Assembly: GCA_035308565.1 (NCBI GenBank)
Contig: DATGGK010000241.1
Span: 3,146-67,145 of the forward strand
Origin: Planctomycetota bacterium
Lineage (GTDB): Bacteria > Planctomycetota > SZUA-567 > H5-PLA8
Direction of reading: 5' to 3'
Length of the DNA: 64,000 nt
Position numbers and translations under genes: made by a program. The notes under the pieces are model-generated. The model saw only the letters and a list, made by a program, of their open reading frames with translations, was not told the origin of the DNA and made no database searches. Of the stretch, positions 48,001 to 54,510 are shown in pieces. The number at the start of each line of letters is the position of its first letter. The stretch's first letter is position 1.

Positions 48001-48608
48001 ACTTCGGCTTCCTGATCGGAGCCGACTGTATAGGGCAATTTCATCAAATCGCGCGGCGGGTTGAGCGCGGCGTGGAGCATGTTGCCGTAGACGCGTTTGG
48101 GCACGGCAATTTTATCCGCGGGCACGGGCAGGCCGCCTTCCGCGATGTGGAAGACGCCTTTGGTCGTGCGGCGGTCGCTGCGCGGATTGTGCAGTACGCC
48201 TTGCTGCACGCGGTACGAACTGCCGATCTCGGACTCGATGGTGTTCTTGTTCACGGGCAGCGACATTTCGCGCGCCAGGCCGTGGCGATCGAGCGTGAGC
48301 GTGTTGCGCGGCAGATTAATCGAGCCGTTGAGCTTCATGTCGCTGAAATGCGCGTTCAGGAAATCTTGAATGCGGCGGTCGGGCGGAGAAAGATGGTCGG
48401 CGAGCAGGCGCACTTTCTCGCGATAGTTTTGCACGAGATCGTAAGCCATGTCGAGCAGATCGGTGTCGGCTTTGGCGCTGGGCGCTTTGAAACCGAGCGC
48501 GGCGAGTTTCAGATTGATGTAGCGCACGATCAGCAGGCGCTCGCGCGCCGCGTCGTCACCTTCTAAAGGAGGGAAGCCGATTGTCCGCTTAAGGTCTTGC
48601 ATGGTCAT
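45078..48608 (-). CDS. ~1175-aa conserved cytoplasmic P-loop enzyme, possibly PPi-type phosphoenolpyruvate carboxykinase-like
   Basis: Long ORF of ordinary composition with a kinase-1a-like loop CTVSGGGKSELSKS. The size (~130 kDa) matches what I recall for PPi-PEPCK. The functional call is tentative. The start is at ATG 48608 or 48602. Confidence 0.85.
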   Translation of the reverse strand: MTMQDLKRTIGFPPLEGDDAARERLLIVRYINLKLAALGFKAPSAKADTDLLDMAYDLVQNYREKVRLLADHLSPPDRRIQDFLNAHFSDMKLNGSINLPRNTLTLDRHGLAREMSLPVNKNTIESEIGSSYRVQQGVLHNPRSDRRTTKGVFHIAEGGLPVPADKIAVPKRVYGNMLHAALNPPRDLMKLPYTVGSDQEAEVMVSLLLRPIVSPEVPGIMPRKTMEVRFFVPGNLVCNLDFVESIFGNAGDPYLPENDAGLDVDHWTGHTGCVILAPHLVYVRKRDVGLPHWKDATERQRADGMCWKDPAECYNGGNAFKLVCRSMDGVMVTLIADNYFGYCKKEVKTQISMASNFFGLTEEEHAGGALAFPRYNYGDTLDATRPARRMHLEGHSFAEVARLYSSFIELKLEGYGVDKKYPAVIYVPEDVRIDLNSQRVSWDKDGRTQSIKLLQDHVYVMPSGYKVQLEKHPSAPSWRLCGTEAEPTFCHKPCTVSGGGKSELSKSITDAVLYGPIFVADAKKDFDLVDFILKRDYSDRFLPQFKPKYGPDRVTRPILSPQRSLGSVIKLLTPSPNEYAMEYNAWLQSVPNHIWAIVFIIKRFYNAEWGDDWRAHFSVDNVNGVPGHELKYHKRKLVGSYLRVGLERDGSWRTFKLRQDFLPAEKVQMEDDITASVVVPAEWIGRTGFQARPGEPKADGLGEPSYKLALNCEYRFFQRPDDAIHRGYDKQAERDMSQPGNFISNFQPLTREDAIELIEDPIHFDEFTQAMRDLIRKAAKAEHGTYFVSSAHPRLVDGKPTQNPRYLQVRPTLVNPLSEYVAEVGARLNRKLPADAAVIFPVNAVLAGRRNNPPDAKANLRPLAVYNPIHYQELPELFMDYICSLTGKSPSTTGAGSEGALTKGPFNALPATADLNTALVSYILTGLEGITTAAGYVGPQMSVGHDISLLIPEIWCRLQPHERDMAALVRDGFFEPMKDFEYKGRLVPASRLGYRVTARFVRTYFGRVFDNPAAVLDEAMLRPESQDMEIFVDGVENIVEAQRRVAQQYFDDDTIEDACPPIQALLHIMANGHWEGKGASHPDVRKMFTKEYLLASAWYRKRLEIKQTRDAEFLSNSIAYLKAFLSKPSHAEPIARLKLKERLHQCEETLAAVLSKDYLAKLVGTLGADPIHHIES
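46491..46554. repeat. pair of REP-like hairpins embedded in frame inside the coding sequence
   Basis: GTAGGACGGCTCTCCAAGCCCGTCC (46491-) and GGACGGGCTTGGAAGCCCGTCCTAC (46530-46554), with an 11-15-nt spacer. This is the same family and architecture as the intergenic pair at 27302-27361. It is translated as IGRTGFQARPGEPKADGLGEPSY. Confidence 0.8.
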
Positions 48609-48687
48609 GCCCGAAATTAACACGTGCGCGCAAATTGCGACAGTAAAACGCAACTCCTGCCGCGTTCAACAGAGGAGTCCGCCGCGC

Positions 48688-49596
48688 CTATTTGGAATTC
48701 AACGCATCGCGCAACTCACGTGCCATCTTCAATGCCGCTTCGCGCGCGGCGTCGGCGAAGTGCGCTTCGCCGCGTTCTTTATCCTGTTTGTAGGCGAAAA
48801 TGATTCCGCGCGAATTGTTGACGATCGCGCCGCGCCCGTCGGCGCGAAACCCGGCGGCGGCATCGGCGGCCGAACCGCCTTGCGCGCCGTAGCCGGGGAT
48901 CAGAAAAATCGTGTCGGGCATCAATGCTCGCAGCGCGCGCGCTTCATCCGGATATGTCGCGCCGACGACTGCGCCGACGTCGCTCAAACCGCACGCGCCG
49001 CGATGATTTTTGCCGAGTTCGTGAACCATCTGCGCGACGTGTTCGCGGACGATGCGCCCGTCAGCGAGTTTCAAATCCTGCAAGTCTCCGGAACCGGGAT
49101 TGGACGTCTTGACCAAAATGAAAATTCCGCCGCCGGTTTTAAGATACGGCTCGAGCGTGTCGCGGCCCATATAAGGATTGACTGTCAGCGCGTCGGCGTC
49201 GAACGCCGCGCCGGCGCCGCTCAAGTGCGCGCGCGCGTAAGCTTCGGCGGTGGCGCCGATGTCGCCGCGCTTGGCGTCGGAGATTACGAGCACGCCTTTT
49301 GATTTTGCGTAACGAATGGTTTCGCTGTACGCGCGAATGCCGTCGGCGCCCAATTCTTCGTAAAATGCGATCTGCGGTTTGCAGACGGGCACGACATCGG
49401 CGAGCGCATCAAGCAGGGCTTTGTTGAACGAAAGAAACGCTTCGGCGCGCGCGCGCGGCGTATTGCCGTGTTCGCGGATGGCTGCGTCGGCGATGGATTT
49501 GGGCAGGCTTTCGAAGCGCGGATCGAGGCCCACGCAGATGGGGTTGCCTTTTGCTTGGATGGCGGCGTCAAGGCGGTCGGAAAAACGCAGGGGCAT
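48688..49596 (-). CDS. pyrF: orotidine 5'-phosphate decarboxylase, type 2
   Basis: NPICVGLDPR, CKPQIAFYE, ISDAKRGDIGATAEAYA, and the length is typical of the long PyrF subtype. Confidence 0.9.
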   Translation of the reverse strand: MPLRFSDRLDAAIQAKGNPICVGLDPRFESLPKSIADAAIREHGNTPRARAEAFLSFNKALLDALADVVPVCKPQIAFYEELGADGIRAYSETIRYAKSKGVLVISDAKRGDIGATAEAYARAHLSGAGAAFDADALTVNPYMGRDTLEPYLKTGGGIFILVKTSNPGSGDLQDLKLADGRIVREHVAQMVHELGKNHRGACGLSDVGAVVGATYPDEARALRALMPDTIFLIPGYGAQGGSAADAAAGFRADGRGAIVNNSRGIIFAYKQDKERGEAHFADAAREAALKMARELRDALNSK

Positions 49597-49722
49597 GAAT
49601 GTGTCTCGCAGGTTGCGGGGAAGTTTATCACAAATCGGTTTACTGACGAATGAATGTGCTGCTTCGGCTAGGACCTATGGGACTTATAGGCCCAAAAACG
49701 CGGCGTTGACGAGTTTGCTGAT

Positions 49723-50919
49723 TTGCGCGACGATGCCGCCATGTCGCACCCAGTGATCTTTGCTGCTGAAGAAGCGCTCAATTGCCGGCTTGATTCGCTA
49801 GGGAATCTAGCGTTGCTTGACGGGCCGCGGCGGGCGCTGTTGATCTCGCGTGCCGAACGGAATCCGACACCGGCGACGCCTTGGATTCGCGACACGATCG
49901 CGGCAACCAACGCGCTGATTGCAGCCGGCGAAACTCTGGTTGCGGGTACAAATCGAACGGCGTGGGATGTCGCGCTGTTGACGTGCAAAGCGAAAGGTGG
50001 CGCGGCGATCGTTGCGCTTGAAGATCAACCGCGCGGTATCGTTGATCCGCAACTCGTTCCCGGCAACGCGTTGACTGTTTGGCCAAGTGATTCCGAAGCG
50101 CTTGATAAAAGCGGGCGGCTGCTGCGCCGCGATAGTTTGGTGGCGTTGCTGGCGGATCGTGCGTGGACGATTTGCGTGCGTGAGTCGGGGAACATGTCGA
50201 TGGCGGCGGAACTGTTGCGCGCGCGTGGATGTCCGGTCGAAAATTGGATCGATCGCGCGGCGGTGAAAGCGGACGACGACGCTTCGCGCAAAATCGATGA
50301 GTCCACTGCGCCGAATGAAATCAAAAGCGCGCCTGATTTTTCGTTTGCCGGACGGCTGACGCATTTCACACGCGAACCGGATCGACTCTGGCCCGGCGAA
50401 CTGCCTGTGGAACGGCTGCGGTGGCTGTGTTCCGGCCCGAATTTTGAACCGCGCGATGGCTTTCAGGCGCTGCGGCGGATTCTGTCGGAAAAAAAGTTGC
50501 GCGCGTGCAGCAAACTGATTCCGAGCAGCCAGCCGATGGTTTGCTTTACCGCGCGCGATCCAATTGCATTGCTGGCCGAAAATCGCTGGCGCAAAGGACT
50601 GCGGCGCTGGACGTATTCGCCTTACGCGCTGTCATTTTTGAGTGAGGATTTGTGCACGCTCGGCGCGGCGTCAGTGCGCTACGTATCACGCGAGGAAATG
50701 CAAGCGACGCCGGTGAAGGCTCGCGGCTTTTGCCAGATCAAAGAGTCGAGCGGAATCGACTGGGCGCGCGAAATGGAATGGCGCGTAAGCGGCGACGTGG
50801 ATTTTTCGCGCATCGAACCGGCGCGAATCGTCGCGCTCGTTGCGCGCGCGGATGAGGCGCGGCGGATTGAAGACGAATTTGGAATTCGGGCGCTTGCGAT
50901 TGGGCACCGGGCGATTTAG
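49723..50919 (+). CDS. fusion protein: N-terminal DprA/Smf-like (SLOG) Rossmann domain plus C-terminal AbiGi-like domain
   Basis: The N-terminal half TLVAGTNRTAWDVALLTCKAKGGAAIVAL ... RDSLVALLADRAWTICVRESGNMSMAAELLRARGCPV parallels the DprA core (SG-A-GID-AH...TIAVL ... RNRII-LSD-vvVvEa-SG-l-TA--AL--Gr-V). The C-terminal half has LTHFT, PMVCFT, YSPYALSF, VRYV and DWAREMEWRV in the order typical of AbiGi-family proteins. Assignment is by motif only. Confidence 0.75.
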   Translation: MRDDAAMSHPVIFAAEEALNCRLDSLGNLALLDGPRRALLISRAERNPTPATPWIRDTIAATNALIAAGETLVAGTNRTAWDVALLTCKAKGGAAIVALEDQPRGIVDPQLVPGNALTVWPSDSEALDKSGRLLRRDSLVALLADRAWTICVRESGNMSMAAELLRARGCPVENWIDRAAVKADDDASRKIDESTAPNEIKSAPDFSFAGRLTHFTREPDRLWPGELPVERLRWLCSGPNFEPRDGFQALRRILSEKKLRACSKLIPSSQPMVCFTARDPIALLAENRWRKGLRRWTYSPYALSFLSEDLCTLGAASVRYVSREEMQATPVKARGFCQIKESSGIDWAREMEWRVSGDVDFSRIEPARIVALVARADEARRIEDEFGIRALAIGHRAI

Positions 50920-50932
50920 AAACTTGAGCAAC

Positions 50933-51367
50933 ATGACTCCCGACAAACACGGCGTGGTCGCCATACTTCAGGACGCCGCCGGGCGGTACCTGGTCATCCG
51001 GCGCGGACTGGAGCTGGAACGCGCGCCTGGGTGGTGGTGTTTTCCGGGCGGCGAGGTGGAGGCCAGCGAAGGTTTAGAACAGGCGATTGAGCGCGAGGTG
51101 ATGGAGGAATTGAATCTGCGCGTGAAGGCACGCGCGAAAGTGCACGAATCGATTTCGCCGAACGGCGTGTACCGATTGCATTGGTTTCGCGTGGAGTTGA
51201 TGGGCGATGTGGGCGAGTTGAAGGCGCATGCGACGGAAGTTGCGGAGGCGTGTTGGCTGAGTGTTGAAGAGATTTTGGCGAAGGAGCAGGTGCTGCCGGG
51301 GTTGGTGGCTTGGTTGAAGGATCAGGGATCAGGAGTCAGGGGCCAGGAATCAGGGGGACGGCCATGA
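50933..51367 (+). CDS. NUDIX hydrolase
   Basis: Complete Nudix box GGEVEASEGLEQAIEREVMEELNL (GX5EX7REUXEEXGU). The ATG is 14 nt after the preceding stop. The C-terminal tail DQGSGVRGQESGGRP is encoded by a heptamer repeat. Confidence 0.88.
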   Translation: MTPDKHGVVAILQDAAGRYLVIRRGLELERAPGWWCFPGGEVEASEGLEQAIEREVMEELNLRVKARAKVHESISPNGVYRLHWFRVELMGDVGELKAHATEVAEACWLSVEEILAKEQVLPGLVAWLKDQGSGVRGQESGGRP

Positions 51368-52413
51368 AGGCGATTTGCATTCGTGAATTTGGCGGGAATG
51401 AAAAAGTTCAGCTTGAGAATCTGCCGGAACCGAAGCCCGGACCGGGACAGGCGCTGATCCGCGTGAAGGCGGCGGCGCTTAATCATCTCGACATCTGGGT
51501 GCGCAAAGGGCGGCCGGGGTTGACGCTGGGCGGGCCGCATATTCTGGGCAGCGATGCGGCGGGCGTATTGGAGGCGCTGGGGCCGGGCAGCGACGAATGC
51601 GCGCTCAAGCCGGGCGCAGAAGTGATCGTCAATCCGGGCGTGAGTTGCATGAAATGCGAATTCTGTTTGCGCGGGCAGCAGAGCGAGTGTCCCCATTTTC
51701 GGCTGATCGGATTTCAGAACGAAGGCGTGTACGCGGAGCGCGCGGTGGTGCCGGCGGTGAATCTTTTTCCGAAGCCGGCACAGATGACGTGGGAAGAGGC
51801 GGCGGCGCTGCCGCTCTCGCACATCACGGCGTTCCGGATGTTGTTTGAACGCGCGAAATTGCTGCCGGGCGAAACGGTGCTGATTCACGGCATCGGCGGT
51901 GGAGTGGCGCTGGCGGCTCTGCAGATGATCGCGGCGTATGGCGCGAGCGCGATTGTGACGAGTTCGTCGGCGGAGAAATTGGCGCTGGCGAAAGCCGTTG
52001 GAGGCCATGCACTGATCGGCGGAATCCTCTATCGCGACGCGGATGTCGCCGCGAAGGTCAAAGAACTCACGCAAAACCGCGGCGTGGATTTGGCTTTCGA
52101 CACCGCGGGCGCGCCGACGCTGCCGATCAGCATGGCGGCGCTGCGGCGCGGCGGGCGCATGGTGACGTGCGGCGTCACTGGCGGCGCGAAAGCGGAAGTG
52201 AATTTGCAGCAGCTTTATTGGAATCATTTGTCGCTGCTGGGTTCGACGATGGGCAGCATGGAAGACATGCGGCGCATGTTGAAGATGGTGGCGAGCGCGG
52301 AAATCAAGCCGGTGATCTGCCAGAAATTCCCGCTGGAAAGCGCGAAGGATGCGCTGGCGCTGATGGAGGAAGGGAAGCAGTGCGGGAAGATTGTGCTGCA
52401 AGTGGGGGGATAG
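51364..52413 (+). CDS. zinc-type alcohol dehydrogenase / quinone oxidoreductase (MDR family)
   Basis: ATGA overlap with the NUDIX gene. MKAICIREFGG..., GSDAAGVLEALG, and a GxGxxG-like nucleotide-binding loop LIHGIGGGVALAALQ. Confidence 0.88.
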   Translation: MKAICIREFGGNEKVQLENLPEPKPGPGQALIRVKAAALNHLDIWVRKGRPGLTLGGPHILGSDAAGVLEALGPGSDECALKPGAEVIVNPGVSCMKCEFCLRGQQSECPHFRLIGFQNEGVYAERAVVPAVNLFPKPAQMTWEEAAALPLSHITAFRMLFERAKLLPGETVLIHGIGGGVALAALQMIAAYGASAIVTSSSAEKLALAKAVGGHALIGGILYRDADVAAKVKELTQNRGVDLAFDTAGAPTLPISMAALRRGGRMVTCGVTGGAKAEVNLQQLYWNHLSLLGSTMGSMEDMRRMLKMVASAEIKPVICQKFPLESAKDALALMEEGKQCGKIVLQVGG

Positions 52414-52457
52414 GGAGTAGGGAGTAGGGAGTTGGGAGTTGGGAAGAGGGAGTAGGA
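52411..52457 (+). repeat. (GGGAGTW)n heptamer array; six GGG tracts at exact 7-nt period (G-quadruplex motif)
   Basis: GGG at 52413, 52420, 52427, 52434, 52441 and 52448. The array begins in the TAG stop of the upstream gene and ends 5 nt before the TTG start at 52462. Confidence 0.9.
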
Positions 52458-52461
52458 CGTT

Positions 52462-53637
52462 TTGGCGATACCGTTTATCTACAGCTATCGCAGCATCGCC
52501 GTGCGCAAAGGCTCTTCGGCCATGGCGGTGCTGGGCATTGCGCTGGTTGTGATCGTGTTCACGGTGCTGCTGGCGCTGGCGGCGGGATTCGAGCGGGCGG
52601 TGGCGTCGTCGGGGAGCGCGGACAATTTGATTGTGATGCGCAAGGGCGCGGACGCGGAATTGCAGAGCCAGGTCACCAAGGACGAAGGCGATGTGATTCG
52701 CGAAATGCCGATCGTGGCCAATGGATCGAACGGCGAAAAGCTTTTTCTGACCGAGACGGTGATCATTCTCGTGCGCAAAAAAGCGGACGGCGGATCGGCG
52801 AACATCACTGTGCGCGGCACGACGGCGAATGTGTTTGGCGTGCGGCGCGAAGTTCATTTGAAAGAAGGGCGCTGGTTCACGCCGGGGAGCGACGAAGCGG
52901 TGATCGGGCTTTCGCTTTCGAAACGACTGGAGACCGGCGCGATTGGGCAGAGCATTCACGCGGGGCGGCGCGATTGGAAAATCGTGGGCGTCTTCGACGC
53001 GGACGGGAGCGGTTTGGAATCGGAGATGTGGCTGGACTTGAACGTGATGCAGGGCGTCTTCAATCGCGGCACGGTGTACCAATCGTTTTTGTTCAAAGCC
53101 GCGGGAAAAGTCGCGGATGCGCAAGCGGCGTTGAAGCATTCCATCGAGCACGACCCGCGTTTGCAGGAAATCGAAGTTCAGCCGGAGAAAATGTACTACG
53201 AGAAGCAGTCGAAGATGATGGCGGGCGTGATCATCAGCCTTGGTTCGATCCTGACGCTGATCATGGCGGTGGGCGGCGTGGTGGGCGCGATGAACACGAT
53301 GTACGCGGCGGTAAGCCAGCGCAAGCGCGAGATCGGCTGCATGCTGGCGATGGGTTTTTCGCCGGAGTCGGTGTGGGTCGCGTTTATCCTGGAATCGCTG
53401 CTGCTGTCGCTGCTGGGATCGGCGATCGGCTGCGCGGTGTCGTTTTATTTCAACGGGATGCGCACGGGCACAACGAATTGGATGACCTTTTCGGAGACAG
53501 CGTTCGAATTCGAAGTGACGCCGGGAATTCTGGTCGCGTCCACGATTCTGGCGCTGGCGATGGGGTTTATCGGGGGGATGCTGCCGGCGATTCGGGCGGC
53601 GCGGATGAAGGTGGTGGATGCGTTGAGGAGGAGTTGA
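52462..53637 (+). CDS. ABC transporter permease, FtsX/MacB-like
   Basis: N-terminal TM helix, a large periplasmic domain, and three C-terminal TM helices with the typical ending ...GFIGGMLPAIRAARMKVVDALRRS. TTG start. Confidence 0.85.
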   Translation: MAIPFIYSYRSIAVRKGSSAMAVLGIALVVIVFTVLLALAAGFERAVASSGSADNLIVMRKGADAELQSQVTKDEGDVIREMPIVANGSNGEKLFLTETVIILVRKKADGGSANITVRGTTANVFGVRREVHLKEGRWFTPGSDEAVIGLSLSKRLETGAIGQSIHAGRRDWKIVGVFDADGSGLESEMWLDLNVMQGVFNRGTVYQSFLFKAAGKVADAQAALKHSIEHDPRLQEIEVQPEKMYYEKQSKMMAGVIISLGSILTLIMAVGGVVGAMNTMYAAVSQRKREIGCMLAMGFSPESVWVAFILESLLLSLLGSAIGCAVSFYFNGMRTGTTNWMTFSETAFEFEVTPGILVASTILALAMGFIGGMLPAIRAARMKVVDALRRS

Positions 53638-53670
53638 AGGAAGTTTGCACGAATTTCCCCGAAATGCCCC

Positions 53671-54015
53671 TCAAATGGTGGGTGTCGTCAGTCCTATCAG
53701 CAATGTCTTGATCTTTGACACGACTATCGGTTTCACCTTACCAAATCGTTTCACGACTATCGACTGCGCAAGCGTATAAATCTTGTCTGCCCGTACCTGC
53801 CCAGGATGATTCAACACGCCTTCTTCGAGATCCGTGGTTTGTATTGTAAAGGTGTAATTGTTCAGCAAGGTGTTCGAGGTCATTGCGGCGACAACGATGT
53901 TGCTTGAGGCCGCATTGTAGGCATTGTTCGAAATTACAATCACAGGCCGCTTCTTTTGAGCGGACAAATCCGTAAATGGAATCGGAATGAGGGCGATGTC
54001 GCCTTGGCTAAGCAT
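53671..54015 (-). CDS. mazF: MazF/PemK-family toxin
   Basis: GDIALIPIPFTDLSAQKKRPVIVISNN ... VVAAMTS ... VRADKIYTL matches the PemK fold signature. Start at the internal ATG 54015. Confidence 0.85.
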   Translation of the reverse strand: MLSQGDIALIPIPFTDLSAQKKRPVIVISNNAYNAASSNIVVAAMTSNTLLNNYTFTIQTTDLEEGVLNHPGQVRADKIYTLAQSIVVKRFGKVKPIVVSKIKTLLIGLTTPTI

Positions 54016-54244
54016 TGTTCCAGTCCGCGTCATCCAATCCATTGTCCCAGAAGTCCACGCTCGAACTCGCGGCTGCCATGAATTCTAAATCGGACGCGTC
54101 GTCGTCCTCCACGATGAACGCCGCAATCTTTGCGCCCGCTGGAAACGGAACTTTAAATTCGACGCGCCCCTGCTCCTGCACAGTTGCAACAATCTTAAGA
54201 GGGCTGCGCGCTTCGGACGTTGTGGCCACGGAATAATCCTCCAA
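54008..54244 (-). CDS. putative cognate antitoxin
   Basis: A 78-aa ORF immediately upstream of and overlapping the mazF-like gene by 8 nt. It has an acidic C-terminus (DFWDNGLDDADWNNA). Confidence 0.65.
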   Translation of the reverse strand: MEDYSVATTSEARSPLKIVATVQEQGRVEFKVPFPAGAKIAAFIVEDDDASDLEFMAAASSSVDFWDNGLDDADWNNA

Positions 54245-54285
54245 GCGCTATCGTGCGTTGAAACCGGCCGAGTGTCAATCGAATT

Positions 54286-54461
54286 CTGGATTCGCCGCTC
54301 TGGTCGCTGCTGGGATCGGCGACGGCACTTGAATGCGACGTGACGCCAGGAATTCTGGTCGCGTCCACGATTCTGGCGCTGGCGATGGGGTTTATCGGGG
54401 GATGCTGCCGGCAATTCGGGCGGCGCGGATGAAGGTGGTGGATGCGCTGAGGAGGAGTTGA
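54286..54461 (+). pseudogene. displaced, degenerate duplicate of the 3' end of the permease gene at 52462..53637
   Basis: 54340-54461 aligns with 53515-53637 with 3 substitutions and one 1-nt deletion (G6 to G5, a frameshift). 54286-54330 aligns with 53389-53440 more loosely. About 70 nt of the parent are missing in between. Confidence 0.85.
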
Positions 54462-54510
54462 GAGGTTTCGTGAACGTCCCGGATTCCCTAATATACCCGA
54501 CGTAAGCAAA

